Shown: positions 48,965 through 59,364 of the stretch, one piece after another
Layout of the letters: every line of letters begins with the position of its first letter
Position numbering within the stretch: position 1 is the first letter of the stretch
Origin: Sedimentisphaerales bacterium
GTDB lineage: Bacteria > Planctomycetota > Phycisphaerae > Sedimentisphaerales > Anaerobacaceae
Length of the DNA stretch: 64,000 nt
Direction of reading: 5' to 3'
Assembly (NCBI GenBank): GCA_963708075.1
Contig: OY970194.1
Location: forward strand, 352,001-416,000
Position numbers and translations under genes: made by a program
The notes under the pieces: model-generated
What the model saw: the letters and a program-made list of their open reading frames with translations, nothing else
The model's database searches: none
What the model was told of the DNA's origin: nothing

Positions 48965-49945
48965 GTGGATGACGTGAGTCGAAGCGGCAGGATCAATCTC
49001 AGGGGGCTGGCCACCGACTACCTGGGTATGGCGGCGGCGCTGCTGCTGCTGATCGTCATCTTCGGCGTCAAGGCGGAGAATTTCTTCAGCAAAGCGACGT
49101 TCCTGACGATCTCCAACCAGATTCCCGACGCGACCATCGCGGCCGTGGGCATGACGTTCGTCCTGATCATCGCAGGCATCGACCTGTCGGTGGGCTCGGT
49201 GATGGCGCTGGCCGGGGCGGTTCTCGGCATCGCACTGATCAACTGGGGTCTGCCTCTGGGACCGGCAATCGTCGTCTGTCTGCTTGTCGGCCTGGTCTGC
49301 GGCGCCGCCAACGGCCTGATCATCATCCGCTGGAGGCTCCCTTCGTTCATCGTCACACTGGGCATGCTGGAGGTAGCCCGCGGGGCAGCGTATCTCGTGA
49401 CGGGGTCGCGCACCATCTACGTGGGCGGGCCAATCGAAGTGGTCACCGGGACATCCGTATTCGGCCTGTCGCTGCCGTTCCTGCTGGCGATCCTCGTCGT
49501 CATCGCCGGCCAGATTGTGCTTTCCCGCACCGTTTTCGGGCGGTACCTGGTGGCTATCGGGACGAACGAGGAGGCGGTGCGGCTCTCAGGCATCGATCCT
49601 CGCCCATACAAGGTGGTGGTTTTCGTCCTCGCCAGTGTCCTGAGTGCGGCGGCCGCCGTGATCCAGACGGCCCGGATGTCCTCCGCGAACCCGAATACCG
49701 GCATCGGATTCGAGCTACAGGTGATCGCTGCCGTGGTCATCGGGGGGACCAGCCTGATGGGCGGCCGGGGTTCGATTGTCAGCTCCTTCTTCGGCGTCCT
49801 GATCATCGCTGTCCTGGGAGCCGGTCTGGCCCAGGTGGGGGCCCAGGAATCCACCAAGCGTCTCATCACCGGTTGCGTCATCGTCGCCGCCGTGATCCTT
49901 GACCAGTATCGTCACCGCGCCCGCAAATCACCAAAACACAGTTGA
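48965..49945 (+). CDS. rbsC: Ribose/sugar ABC transporter permease
   Basis: GIDLSVGS, FIVTLG, AAVVIGGTSLMGG. Confidence 0.93.
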   Translation: MDDVSRSGRINLRGLATDYLGMAAALLLLIVIFGVKAENFFSKATFLTISNQIPDATIAAVGMTFVLIIAGIDLSVGSVMALAGAVLGIALINWGLPLGPAIVVCLLVGLVCGAANGLIIIRWRLPSFIVTLGMLEVARGAAYLVTGSRTIYVGGPIEVVTGTSVFGLSLPFLLAILVVIAGQIVLSRTVFGRYLVAIGTNEEAVRLSGIDPRPYKVVVFVLASVLSAAAAVIQTARMSSANPNTGIGFELQVIAAVVIGGTSLMGGRGSIVSSFFGVLIIAVLGAGLAQVGAQESTKRLITGCVIVAAVILDQYRHRARKSPKHS

Positions 49946-50023
49946 TATCATCACTTGGAGTGTGCTGGAATCATGACCGGGACCCGGTGACTGCTTTTTT
50001 ATTCTGGAAATCCTTTTGTTCTC

Positions 50024-50052
50024 TTGACATGGGCCCTCAGACGCGCCATAAT
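50024..50052 (+). promoter_or_regulatory. Sigma70-like promoter
   Basis: TTGACA-17 bp-CATAAT. Confidence 0.7.
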
Positions 50053-50089
50053 GAGACACTAACAACAACCCGGATGCGGAGATAAAACG

Positions 50090-50971
50090 ATGCGTCTGGT
50101 ACTAAAACAGAAGGATGGGGAAGTCAAAGAGTATCAGTTCGCCCAAGGCCCGATCCACATCGGAAGAGCCGCCGACAGTCACATTCTGCTGCCCGACCGG
50201 GCCGTCTCCAAGAAACATGCGACCATTGCATGCAATGGCGAGGGCTCATGGACAGTTCAGGACCTGGACTCGGCGAACAAGACATTCCTCAACGGGCAGG
50301 CGGTCCATGCGGCGCCGATCAAGACCGGCGATGCCATTCAAATCACCGACTTCACGATTGAAGTCTGTGTTGAAGACAAGCCGGCGGGTGCGCACCTGGA
50401 GGAGTTCGAGGACACGCTGAACCTGGAGGCGGGCCTGTCGACGCCTATGCACGAGACCGTCGTGCGTAAGCCCGACGCCGGCCATGCCCCCGCGATGCGA
50501 CTGCCCGCCAGACGGCTCACCGATTTTGTGCAGGCCTGTGACATCATCTGCAAGGGGAAGAACGTTGAGGACCTGCTGGTCGCCCTGCTGAGTATCTCGC
50601 TCAAGCAATTCAGTGCATTCCACACGTGGTGCGCCTTGCGGGAGCAGCCGAGCGGTCCGATGACGTACCATGCGGGCAAACGGCGGGACGGCCACCCCGT
50701 GGAACTCCAGGAACTGAAGCTGGCCGACAAGATCAACCATGCTGTCGAGCGAGGCCAGTCGCTGGTCATGCCGAGAGTGGCCGCCGATCTGGAGGAGAAG
50801 GAACGCATCCGCTCCGCGTTGATCGCGGCGATCAACAGTCCGGCCGGTTGCCACGGCATCATCTATCTGGACAACGCGATGGTGCACGACCACTACACTC
50901 TCGGAGACTTGGATTACCTGATGCTCGTCGCCATCCACACGGCGACCGTGCTGCGCAGATTCATGACATAG
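50090..50971 (+). CDS. FHA domain plus GAF domain protein
   Basis: IGRA..VSKKHA..DLDSANKTFLNG (FHA); IRSALIA..GIIYLDN (GAF). Confidence 0.88.
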   Translation: MRLVLKQKDGEVKEYQFAQGPIHIGRAADSHILLPDRAVSKKHATIACNGEGSWTVQDLDSANKTFLNGQAVHAAPIKTGDAIQITDFTIEVCVEDKPAGAHLEEFEDTLNLEAGLSTPMHETVVRKPDAGHAPAMRLPARRLTDFVQACDIICKGKNVEDLLVALLSISLKQFSAFHTWCALREQPSGPMTYHAGKRRDGHPVELQELKLADKINHAVERGQSLVMPRVAADLEEKERIRSALIAAINSPAGCHGIIYLDNAMVHDHYTLGDLDYLMLVAIHTATVLRRFMT

Positions 50972-51262
50972 CCGGACCGACCAGCTATTGTTGTATGCTG
51001 AGGAGGAATCACCGGTATTCCGTGGGGGATTTGAAGCAGGTGATACCGTTCTCGTCCTGGCGGACGATTCTGGGACTCTCTGCTCGCGCAAGGCTATCGC
51101 ATCTAAATTGGCCAGCCGCGATTCCTTGTTCAGAAACGCAGGTTGGTTCAGGTGATTGACGACCGCAATGTCAGGTTGGCCACCATCCGATCAGCGTTCT
51201 CGGGGCCAAGAGGGCCAGCTCGAATTTAGATGCGATAGCCCTGTCTGCTCGCGGGCTGTATG

Positions 51263-51291
51263 TTGACTTTTTCGGATAACCTACGTATAAT
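51263..51291 (+). promoter_or_regulatory. Sigma70-like promoter
   Basis: TTGACT-17 bp-TATAAT. Confidence 0.75.
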
Positions 51292-51394
51292 AGTCCTATC
51301 ATGGAGGAGGTGAAGAAGAGGGCTCTTCATATCCACTTTATAGACCCTGATCCATGACTTGGGCGGGTCTGCCTTTGATGGAGGATAGAAACCG

Positions 51395-52588
51395 ATGTGT
51401 TGGGCGAAATGGCCGATAGCGGGATTCGTTGTGATCGTATGTCTTTGTCTGCCTGCGGCGGCCGAGGAGACCGCGATCAATCTCGGACCTGAGGAGTTCG
51501 TGAAGGCCGCCGGAAGCGATATCGTCGTGCCCGGCTACTCCGTGCCGTCGTTCGAGGACTGGAACGGCGATCATCTCAACGATCTCATTATCGGCGAGGG
51601 CGGGGGCACCATCCCCGGCAAAGTGCGCGTCTATCTGAACGTGGGAACCGAGTCCGACCCGTGCTTTGTGAATTCCTTCTACGTCCAGGCGGACGGCCGG
51701 GACCTGAGCTGCACGCCTGAAGGCTGCATGGGCTGCTTCCCTCGTGTCGTGTACTGGGATGAGGACAGCCGCAAGGACCTGCTCGTCGGCCTGGCGGACG
51801 GCACGGCCAGGATCTTCCTGAACGTGGCCAGCGACAACGAGCCGGCATTCGATGCCGGCCAGAATATCAAAGTCGGCAGCGAGTCGGCCGACATGCTCGA
51901 CGTCGGTGCGCGAGCGACGCCGGTCATGGTTCACTGGAATGACGACGGCATGCTCGACATCGTCTCCGGCGGCTTGGATGGCCGGCTTCACGTCTATTAC
52001 AACTGCGGCTGTGGCAGTTCTGTGCCGCCGCACTTTTATTTCTCCGACCCCGCCGGCGCCTTCGCCCAGGACAACGGCATCGATCTGCGCGTGCCCAACG
52101 GACGTTCAAGCCCCGTGATCATGGACCTCGATGGCGACGGCAAGAGCGACCTGCTCACCGGCAACACCGACGGCCTGATCCTGTTCTACAAGAACACCGG
52201 CCTGGAGTCGAATCCGACATTCTCCGGGTACTCCCTCGTCAAATCGAACGGCCAGCCCATCGACCTTCCGGGCTCGTTTCGCTCACGCCCATTCGTGTGT
52301 TACTGGACCGGCGCAGGCCATTTCGGCCCGAAGGACGGCTACTGGGACCTGCTGGTTGGATACGGGGACGGTAAGGTCCGCCTCTATCGCGGCATCGCGA
52401 AGCGCGCCGACTTCGACGGCGACGGCACCCTCGATGGCGACGACTTCACGTTCATCGCCAAGGCGCTGGATAAGCCGGTCCCGTCCGAGGGCAGCCCCGC
52501 CGATCTCAACGGCGACGGCGCCGTAGACGTCCTCGACCTGCGGATCTTCGCCGACCTCTGGCTCGCGGCGAACGACGTGACTGGTTGA
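51395..52588 (+). CDS. Secreted FG-GAP/VCBS-repeat protein with C-terminal dockerin-like EF-hand pair
   Basis: DWNGDHLNDLIIG, DLDGDGKSDLLTG; ADFDGDGTLDGDDF, ADLNGDGAVDVLDL. Confidence 0.85.
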   Translation: MCWAKWPIAGFVVIVCLCLPAAAEETAINLGPEEFVKAAGSDIVVPGYSVPSFEDWNGDHLNDLIIGEGGGTIPGKVRVYLNVGTESDPCFVNSFYVQADGRDLSCTPEGCMGCFPRVVYWDEDSRKDLLVGLADGTARIFLNVASDNEPAFDAGQNIKVGSESADMLDVGARATPVMVHWNDDGMLDIVSGGLDGRLHVYYNCGCGSSVPPHFYFSDPAGAFAQDNGIDLRVPNGRSSPVIMDLDGDGKSDLLTGNTDGLILFYKNTGLESNPTFSGYSLVKSNGQPIDLPGSFRSRPFVCYWTGAGHFGPKDGYWDLLVGYGDGKVRLYRGIAKRADFDGDGTLDGDDFTFIAKALDKPVPSEGSPADLNGDGAVDVLDLRIFADLWLAANDVTG

Positions 52589-52655
52589 CGGCTATTCCGG
52601 AGCGCGGCCAGGGCAAAGGCAATCGTCATGGGACTGTGCGGGGGTCTTCCCCTTC

Positions 52656-54053
52656 TCATAAGGCCCTCAGGAATTCCACGACGTCTTTCTTCTCCGCTTC
52701 CGTAAGCTTGATTCCGGTTACAAGATTGAAGAACTCAACCGTATCGTCGAGGGTAAGCAGCCGGCCGTCGTGCAAGTACGGCGGCGAATCCTTTATGCCT
52801 CGAAGCGGGAAATTCTTGATCGGCCCATCCGATGCGGCGTATCTGCCGTTTATCATGTGCGGCTTGTAGAACCGTTCCGTCCGCAGGTTGTGCATCAGAT
52901 TATCCGTATAATACGGTGGAACGTGACATTCGCCGCACCGGGCCTTGCTGAGGAACAGCTTTTCACCTCGCGTTTCCGCCGCGGTGGCTTTGGCAGGGTC
53001 GAGCCTGCCGAAAATATCCAGCTTCGGCGCCGGTGGAAAATCCATCAGTTCCTGGAATTCCGCCATGAAATGCACCTGGCTTCCACGCTCAAGAACATTG
53101 ACCCCTTTCTTGGTGGCAATGACCGGGTCCCCGTCAAAATACGCAGCTCGCTGCTCGAACTCCGTGAAATCCTCCACGCTTTTCAACGCCCTTTGCGAGC
53201 CAAACAGCCGCTGGATATTGACACCTCGCAAGGGGGGCGTATCGAGCCGGTGGCGAAATTCCTGGGGTCTGATGTCGCCAACAAGGTGCGTCGAGCTATT
53301 CGTATGACCGTTGGCGTGGCAATCAAAACAGGCAACTCCTCTGCTCGGCTTCTCGCTTCGGCGGTCTTCCGTCTGGTTGAACTGCTGCTGCGGGAAAGGC
53401 GTTACCAGCAGACGTAAACCTTCAATCTGCTTTGGATTGAGTATCCCGTTGAACAGTTCGTAGTAGTTCTCGATAGTCACGACCTTGCCCTGCGAGACAT
53501 CCCCGAGGTCGGGACGGGTGGTCAGGAAGATCGCTGCCGGATACTCGGGCAAAAAATGGTCTGGAAGGTCGAAGTCAAGGTCGAACCGCGTCAGGTCCCG
53601 GTTCTCCTGTTTCTTCAGCTCGTCTATGACAAATTTCGGGAAGAGCATGCCGCCTTCATTATGGTTCGGATGCGGCAGAGGCAAAAGCCCTTTGGGAAAC
53701 AGGCTTTTCTCCCGAATTTCATCCGGCGTCATCTCGGACAGTCTCTCCCACGTCATGCCCGCAGGCAGCTTTACCCGAACGCCTGCCTGAACGGCCTTGC
53801 CGCGAGACATGGTCACGCCCGATGCGGGCTTGTCGGAAAGATCGTATCTCTCGCCAAGCAAATCCATCTGTCGTTTCATGATCTCGCCCTTGGCGGCCTT
53901 CATGCGCGACAGTACTGTCGCAAAGTCCTCCGTAATGACGACAGGCGAGTAACTGGAACGCTTTTCCTGCGGCGTCTGTGCAGAAACCGCCGCAGCAAAA
54001 GAGAGCAACAGCGCCGCCCCGCACAGGATGATCCGTTGTCTTGCCCCTTTCAT
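52656..54053 (-). CDS. Di-heme cytochrome c (cytochrome c peroxidase-like)
   Basis: Signal peptide; CFDCH and CGECH heme motifs; LRGIKDSPPYLHDGR. Confidence 0.88.
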   Translation of the reverse strand: MKGARQRIILCGAALLLSFAAAVSAQTPQEKRSSYSPVVITEDFATVLSRMKAAKGEIMKRQMDLLGERYDLSDKPASGVTMSRGKAVQAGVRVKLPAGMTWERLSEMTPDEIREKSLFPKGLLPLPHPNHNEGGMLFPKFVIDELKKQENRDLTRFDLDFDLPDHFLPEYPAAIFLTTRPDLGDVSQGKVVTIENYYELFNGILNPKQIEGLRLLVTPFPQQQFNQTEDRRSEKPSRGVACFDCHANGHTNSSTHLVGDIRPQEFRHRLDTPPLRGVNIQRLFGSQRALKSVEDFTEFEQRAAYFDGDPVIATKKGVNVLERGSQVHFMAEFQELMDFPPAPKLDIFGRLDPAKATAAETRGEKLFLSKARCGECHVPPYYTDNLMHNLRTERFYKPHMINGRYAASDGPIKNFPLRGIKDSPPYLHDGRLLTLDDTVEFFNLVTGIKLTEAEKKDVVEFLRAL

Positions 54054-54325
54054 CTCATTCTCCTTCCATACCGAGTTCCTGTATGTGTTGAACCTCCGGC
54101 TCACCTCACGATGCTATGTCATAATCCTCAGACAAATCCCAACAGTCAACCGAGGAAAGCACCTATTTGTATGTAGGGATAGACTTCAGCAGGGCTGGTG
54201 GTGGACGTTGTAGATGGGTCCGCCGGTCCGTGCGTACTGGCGGAGCATGGGCCTGGGCCTTCTCACGGAGAACAAATAGCCGGCCGGTTCAGGAAAGGCC
54301 GCTCAATAGTGGCTTCCGCAGGAGC

Positions 54326-54358
54326 AAAAAAGGGAACCGGTCGTGGGGCCGGTTCCCT
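54326..54358 (-). terminator. Rho-independent terminator
   Basis: Minus strand AGGGAACCGG ... CCGGTTCCCT followed by a T tract. Confidence 0.75.
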
Positions 54359-54438
54359 GGGGTGCGCCGTATACTCATACTCACTGGCCCTGGAAAGGCA
54401 GGGCTCACCTGGCTACGAACACCGATGGAGAGGCACGC

Positions 54439-55399
54439 CTAGATCACTTCGAACCATATGGTCATAGTCGTGCCGTCCGCCAGTGTGACGGTGACGGGAC
54501 GCCATCCGATCAGCGCGTCCGGGGCGATCGTGATCTGGACCGTCAGCGACATGTCGGCGGTCACTGTTACGGAATCCACCGTGATTCCCGCGCCGAAGTC
54601 AACCGTTGGCGCCACGTCGTTTGCCGCCCCATTGAAGTCCAGATTCGCGCCGGTGATCGCGACACTCATTGACGTGCCCAGCGTGCCCTGGTACGGAGCG
54701 ATGCTCGCCAGGTGCGGAATGCTCAGCGGATCCGGGGCCTGGGTCGGAACGCCTTCATAGAAGCGCAGTTGCGCGATCCGGACGCCGTTGTTGTCGTAGT
54801 TCCACAGGTAATCCTGCAGCAGGTCGGAGAACAGCGGAATCCGCTGGTACGTCCATACTCCCGCATCATAGACCCACGCATAGATGTAGAGTAGCGACGC
54901 ACTGACATTGGCGAACTTCATCGAACCGCTTTCACGCACCGCGACCGTGCTCAGATCGGACACGACCTCGCCGAGATCCGGGTCCGTGGCAGACGTGGTC
55001 ATCCTGATCTTGCCGCCGGGCTTGCCGAGCACGCGAAGATACACGGAGTATTCCGTGATCCCGTCATTGTCCGGATCGGGGTTGGGGAGCTGGAACTTGG
55101 CGGAGCCGTCCGTGCCGTCATAGTCCAGCACGGCGAAATCCGTGCCTTCCACGAGAAGAATCTTGGCCGTCGCTTTGTTGTCTTTACTTCCGAGTGGCAC
55201 GAAGATTCGGTGTCCCTGGCTCGTGATGGAGTTCGGGTCCACGTTCTTCGCCTTGTCCATGCCGATGATGTTCAGATTGTAGTGTGCCCCGCTCGGAGCG
55301 CCGTTGCCCGTTTGTGCCGTGCCGGCGAGAATCGACCCGGGAACGAGAACCTACAACCAGTACTGTTGCCACAACCCAATAGACTACCTTGCGTTTCAT
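54439..55399 (-). CDS. Secreted hypothetical protein with C-terminal Ig-like domain; apparent frameshift at ~55348
   Basis: Signal peptide MKRKVVYWVVATVLVVG joins LVPGSILAGTAQTGNGAPSGAHYNLNIIGMDK after removing one base; C-terminal VAITGANL..FGAGITV..VTVT. Confidence 0.7.
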
Positions 55400-55852
55400 T
55401 TGATTCCCTTTTTGACGTTCGACGGAATAGTCAGCTCAGCATCAACATCCATAAGTCATACTGTGCGGCAGCCTTTCGGCGCCGTCATCCCTGCACCCGC
55501 TCTCCACAGGACCTGTGTGATTTCCACCCCTTTCTCACATGAGCATACGGCGTGCGCATATCCCGGCCGGGCTTATGAAATGCCTTGGCCTGTAGCGCGT
55601 ATCTTTACCCGTTGCAGATCTGTGCGGATGAGTGTGTTGCAGAGATTAACGCGGAAGGAATGAGTGATCCACCGATGACCCCCTATACTCCTGTGCCGTC
55701 CCCTTTTCCATGACTCTTCTCAATTCTTCACTGCTATTCCAAAGTATCGAATTCCAGGTCCGCTTGTCCAAATGAGATCCGAAATTTTCTCCGCAGGGCT
55801 CGCCGGCTCACATACAAGCTATGGTGTATCCACAAAGCAGCGGCCCGTGCGA

Positions 55853-56428
55853 TCACGATTCCTGGCGTGCGTTGTAGATGAGTCCGCCGGCCTGGGCGTA
55901 CTGGCGGAGCACGGCCCGAGCCTCCTCGCGAAGCACGTCGCGGAGCACGTCGATGCCGCGCCTGCGCAGCTCGCCGATCCAGTCCGCAGGCTTGGCTCCC
56001 TCGTCGAACCCGATCTCGCAGGCATCCTCGCCGTGTGCCGCGCATACGACCCGGCGGACTCCCGACCACGGAATCGCGCCCAGGCACATCGCGCACGGCT
56101 CAGCACTGGTCACCAACTCATAGCTGGCCGTGCCACCGCCGAGATCGTAATGACCCACAGCCTGCTGCGCGATCGCGATGGCGAGCATCTCCGCGTGGGC
56201 GAAGGAACAGTTCGATGCCTCCACGCAATTCACGCCGACGCCGACAACCCGCCCGCTGCCGGCCTCGAACACCGCCGCCCCGAACGGCCCGCCCGTTCGC
56301 CGCTCCACGTTCTGCCTCGCCAGCTCGATCACAAACCGCATCCGCGACTCGACGGTAGTAAGCCCGCCCCCTCGCTCCGCGACCATCGGCCCGACCCACT
56401 CCGGCAACCGAATCTCAATCTTCGCCAT
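55853..56428 (-). CDS. Nucleoside/guanine deaminase (cytidine/dCMP deaminase zinc-binding family)
   Basis: GGPFGAAV, AHAE, EPCAMC, GFDEG. Confidence 0.9.
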   Translation of the reverse strand: MAKIEIRLPEWVGPMVAERGGGLTTVESRMRFVIELARQNVERRTGGPFGAAVFEAGSGRVVGVGVNCVEASNCSFAHAEMLAIAIAQQAVGHYDLGGGTASYELVTSAEPCAMCLGAIPWSGVRRVVCAAHGEDACEIGFDEGAKPADWIGELRRRGIDVLRDVLREEARAVLRQYAQAGGLIYNARQES

Positions 56429-56486
56429 CAACGACCTCATTCCTTGGAGCCTTCAATGTAATGAGAGCAGAGCAAACACCACCTCA

Positions 56487-56559
56487 TGTCATTCCCGCGA
56501 AGGCGGGAATCCAGCTACCCTCTGTACGTTCCTGGACCCCCGCCTGCGCGGGGGTGACA
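56487..56559. repeat. Palindromic GTCATTCCCGCG-type repeat doublet
   Basis: TGTCATTCCCGCGAAGGCGGGAATCCA ... TGGACCCCCGCCTGCGCGGGGGTGACA. Confidence 0.85.
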
Positions 56560-56765
56560 TACGGACGCCAATCCTGTCAGGTGGTCTTGTGAAATTACGT
56601 TCCTTCTTCTTTCTACGTTCGGTCATGGTAAACTGCGAACGCCCGGCAGGCAAGCCGGCGCGTTTTTTTTCTGAATTCCGGGTTCGCAGGGTGTTACTTT
56701 TCCTATACCATGTGCCTTTAATTACGGGGGTGGACATTTTCGATGTTCACAGGAGGAACCTGGAA

Positions 56766-58832
56766 GTGAAAACGAGAGAACTGCTGTGTATGATCTTGGC
56801 GACCGTGCTCCTCGCCGGCGGATGCGACAGGAGACGTGGGCGGGCGGGCCAGTCCCTGGATGATGCGGTTCTGATGAATGATATTGAGCGCGTGCAACGC
56901 TTGCTTGTTCGAGGAGCCGACGTCAACGTGAGGGACAGTGGGGGCGACACGCCCTTGCACACGGCTGCCTCTTACGGGCGGACCTCTATCATGCACATGC
57001 TGATTCAGCATGGGGCGGATGTCAACGCCGTTGATGATAACGGGGAAACGCCGCTGCACTCAGCGGTCTCCCGCAGCCAAAAGGATACAGCCAGACTGCT
57101 GATTGGTTATGGTGCCAACGTCAATGCTGCTAGAAAGAACGGCGACACGCCGCTTCATATGGCCGTCTATCTTGGCGAGACGGATATAGCGAGGCTGTTG
57201 ATCGAACACGGTGCCGGTGTTAATGCAGGGCAGGAGGATGGCGAGACACCTCTGCACCATGCGGCGTCCCGGGGCCATGTTCCAGCCATGCGCCTGCTCA
57301 TAGCACATGGTGCTGAGGTCAACCGGGCGGATGACGACGGCGATACGCCCCTGCACGATGCAATTGGATGGCATGGTGTGGAGCCTGTGGAGGAGCTACT
57401 CAAAGCCGGAGCTAAAGTGAACGTCAGGAACCGAGGAGGCTGGACGCCTCTGGATCTTGCGCTGCGTGAGAACGAGGAGAGTCTCGCAAATCGCCTGATA
57501 GCCGCAGGTGCCGAAGTACCGATCTATATGGCGGCTAGCCTCGGAGACTTGGAACGGGTAAGGGCCCTCGTCGAGAACGGTGCCAACGTCAACGCACGAG
57601 ATATGGACGGTTTGACTGGTCTACACCACGCGGCGTCGGGCGGACAAATTGATATTGTCCGGCTGCTCATCGAACGCGGAGCCGACGTGAACGTCCCTGA
57701 TTCGAGGCAGCAGACCCCGCTGTATTCGGCAATTCGTGGAGGCCATCGCGATATCGTCGAGTTTCTAATGGCTCACCACGCGGTATTTACGACCAACGAC
57801 TCCGACAAGTCTACGGCGTTGCACGTCGCGGCAGAATGGACGGCTGATAAGGTTGTGGAGTTCCTCGCTGATAAAGGTGCGGATGTCAATGTCCGGGACG
57901 AGGACGGATTCACCCCTTTGCACGCAGCACTCGGACGGCAATATCTGCGCGAGGACGACGGGAATTCCGTGGCCAACATGGTGGAGTCTCTCATCCGTCA
58001 TGGAGCCGATGTGAACGCGACTGACCCCCACGGCCGCACGCCACTACATTATGCAGTTAGCAGGGGCTGTAGGCGCGCCGTCGAACTCCTTATCGCGAAG
58101 GGAGCCAACGTCAATGCGAAGGACAAGGGGGGCGGTTACTTCTCCGCGCCTGGCGGCCAAACGCCTCTCTTGCTCGCGGTTCGCAACGGTATGATCGATG
58201 TGGCCGAACTACTGGTTGCCGAAGGCGCCGATGTCAACGCGAAGGACGATGCCGGCGCGACGCCTCTGTTGCTCACCCTCGCCGCTGAGCGAGAGAACAT
58301 CGGTAGGATCTCCCGGTATGTGCCGGGAGAAGACGGCAACGAGATGAGTGATGCTGATGTGGCAGCATATCGTACTGAGCTCCGTGACGTCTATCGCCAG
58401 TTTGCCACGCAGCTTCTCACCCTCAGGGCTGATCCCAACTCTGTGGATGGAGACGGCAACACGCTCCTTTACAATGCTGTGCAGGACAGAGATGAGGAAC
58501 TGGCAAGACTGCTTGTGGACAGTGGCGCGGATATCAACGCAAAGAATGCTGGGGGCGCAACCGCTCTGCATAAAGCTGCCTGTGGGTCCAGAAGCATGAC
58601 TGAACTGCTCCTGTCGCATGGGGCGGCGGTCGATCCGCGGGATCGGCAGGGCGATACGCCTCTGCACGAGGCTTCCCTGCGGGGCCACGCCGATATCGTC
58701 GCGCTCCTGCTGTCTAAAGGTGCGGATCCCAACATCAAGAACAGCGCCGGTCAGACACCTCTCGATAGAGCCATTCGTCGTGGGCGCACAGAGGTCATTG
58801 ACCTGCTCCGCAAGCACGAGGCGAGGGAATAG
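56766..58832 (+). CDS. Ankyrin-repeat lipoprotein
   Basis: GTG after AGGAGG; lipobox LAGG-C; many GxTPLH...GADVN repeats. Confidence 0.93.
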   Translation: MKTRELLCMILATVLLAGGCDRRRGRAGQSLDDAVLMNDIERVQRLLVRGADVNVRDSGGDTPLHTAASYGRTSIMHMLIQHGADVNAVDDNGETPLHSAVSRSQKDTARLLIGYGANVNAARKNGDTPLHMAVYLGETDIARLLIEHGAGVNAGQEDGETPLHHAASRGHVPAMRLLIAHGAEVNRADDDGDTPLHDAIGWHGVEPVEELLKAGAKVNVRNRGGWTPLDLALRENEESLANRLIAAGAEVPIYMAASLGDLERVRALVENGANVNARDMDGLTGLHHAASGGQIDIVRLLIERGADVNVPDSRQQTPLYSAIRGGHRDIVEFLMAHHAVFTTNDSDKSTALHVAAEWTADKVVEFLADKGADVNVRDEDGFTPLHAALGRQYLREDDGNSVANMVESLIRHGADVNATDPHGRTPLHYAVSRGCRRAVELLIAKGANVNAKDKGGGYFSAPGGQTPLLLAVRNGMIDVAELLVAEGADVNAKDDAGATPLLLTLAAERENIGRISRYVPGEDGNEMSDADVAAYRTELRDVYRQFATQLLTLRADPNSVDGDGNTLLYNAVQDRDEELARLLVDSGADINAKNAGGATALHKAACGSRSMTELLLSHGAAVDPRDRQGDTPLHEASLRGHADIVALLLSKGADPNIKNSAGQTPLDRAIRRGRTEVIDLLRKHEARE

Positions 58833-58925
58833 CTGATTGCCATTCTTTTACCACGGTGAGACTATGTGGATGGAGCACAAGGACGGATGCAGAGTGCATC
58901 GGATTCGGAGTTGAAAGGAGAAGCT

Positions 58926-59249
58926 ATGACACGGAGGTATTTGGTGATTGTCGGGATTGTGGTTGCGGTGATGGCGGCGGTGGTTTGGGCGGGGGTGAGC
59001 GGGGCGGAGCGGAGTCCGGCCCGGTGGCAGTACGGCATCTTTCGGGGCGAGGGGGTGTGGACCTGGTACGGGCTTGGCGAGGCGGTGGACAACGTCGACA
59101 GACAGGAATTCGCCAATAAGATCGGGACGAAATACTCGCAGCAAGATACGGAACTGGAAGCGAACGTGCTCAACAGCCTGGCGGCACGGGGCTGGGAAAT
59201 TGTCGCGACGCCGGAGAAGAACAAGTACGTGCTCCGGCGGCCGAGATAA
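58926..59249 (+). CDS. Small exported/membrane protein (DUF4177-like)
   Basis: AAAGGAG RBS; N-terminal hydrophobic helix; WQY...LNSLAARGWEIV...YVLRRP. Confidence 0.65.
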   Translation: MTRRYLVIVGIVVAVMAAVVWAGVSGAERSPARWQYGIFRGEGVWTWYGLGEAVDNVDRQEFANKIGTKYSQQDTELEANVLNSLAARGWEIVATPEKNKYVLRRPR

Positions 59250-59281
59250 GCCCGGCGACTGAAGACACGCCCAGGTGAGCG

Positions 59282-59310
59282 TTGACACCCGTCGCAGACC
59301 ACTATATGAT
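59282..59310 (+). promoter_or_regulatory. Sigma70-like promoter of mdh
   Basis: TTGACA-17 bp-TATGAT. Confidence 0.75.
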
Positions 59311-59364
59311 GCCGCAGCATTTGGCATTCGAATTTCAGAATTCGAGATTGGAGTGGGCACTGGG

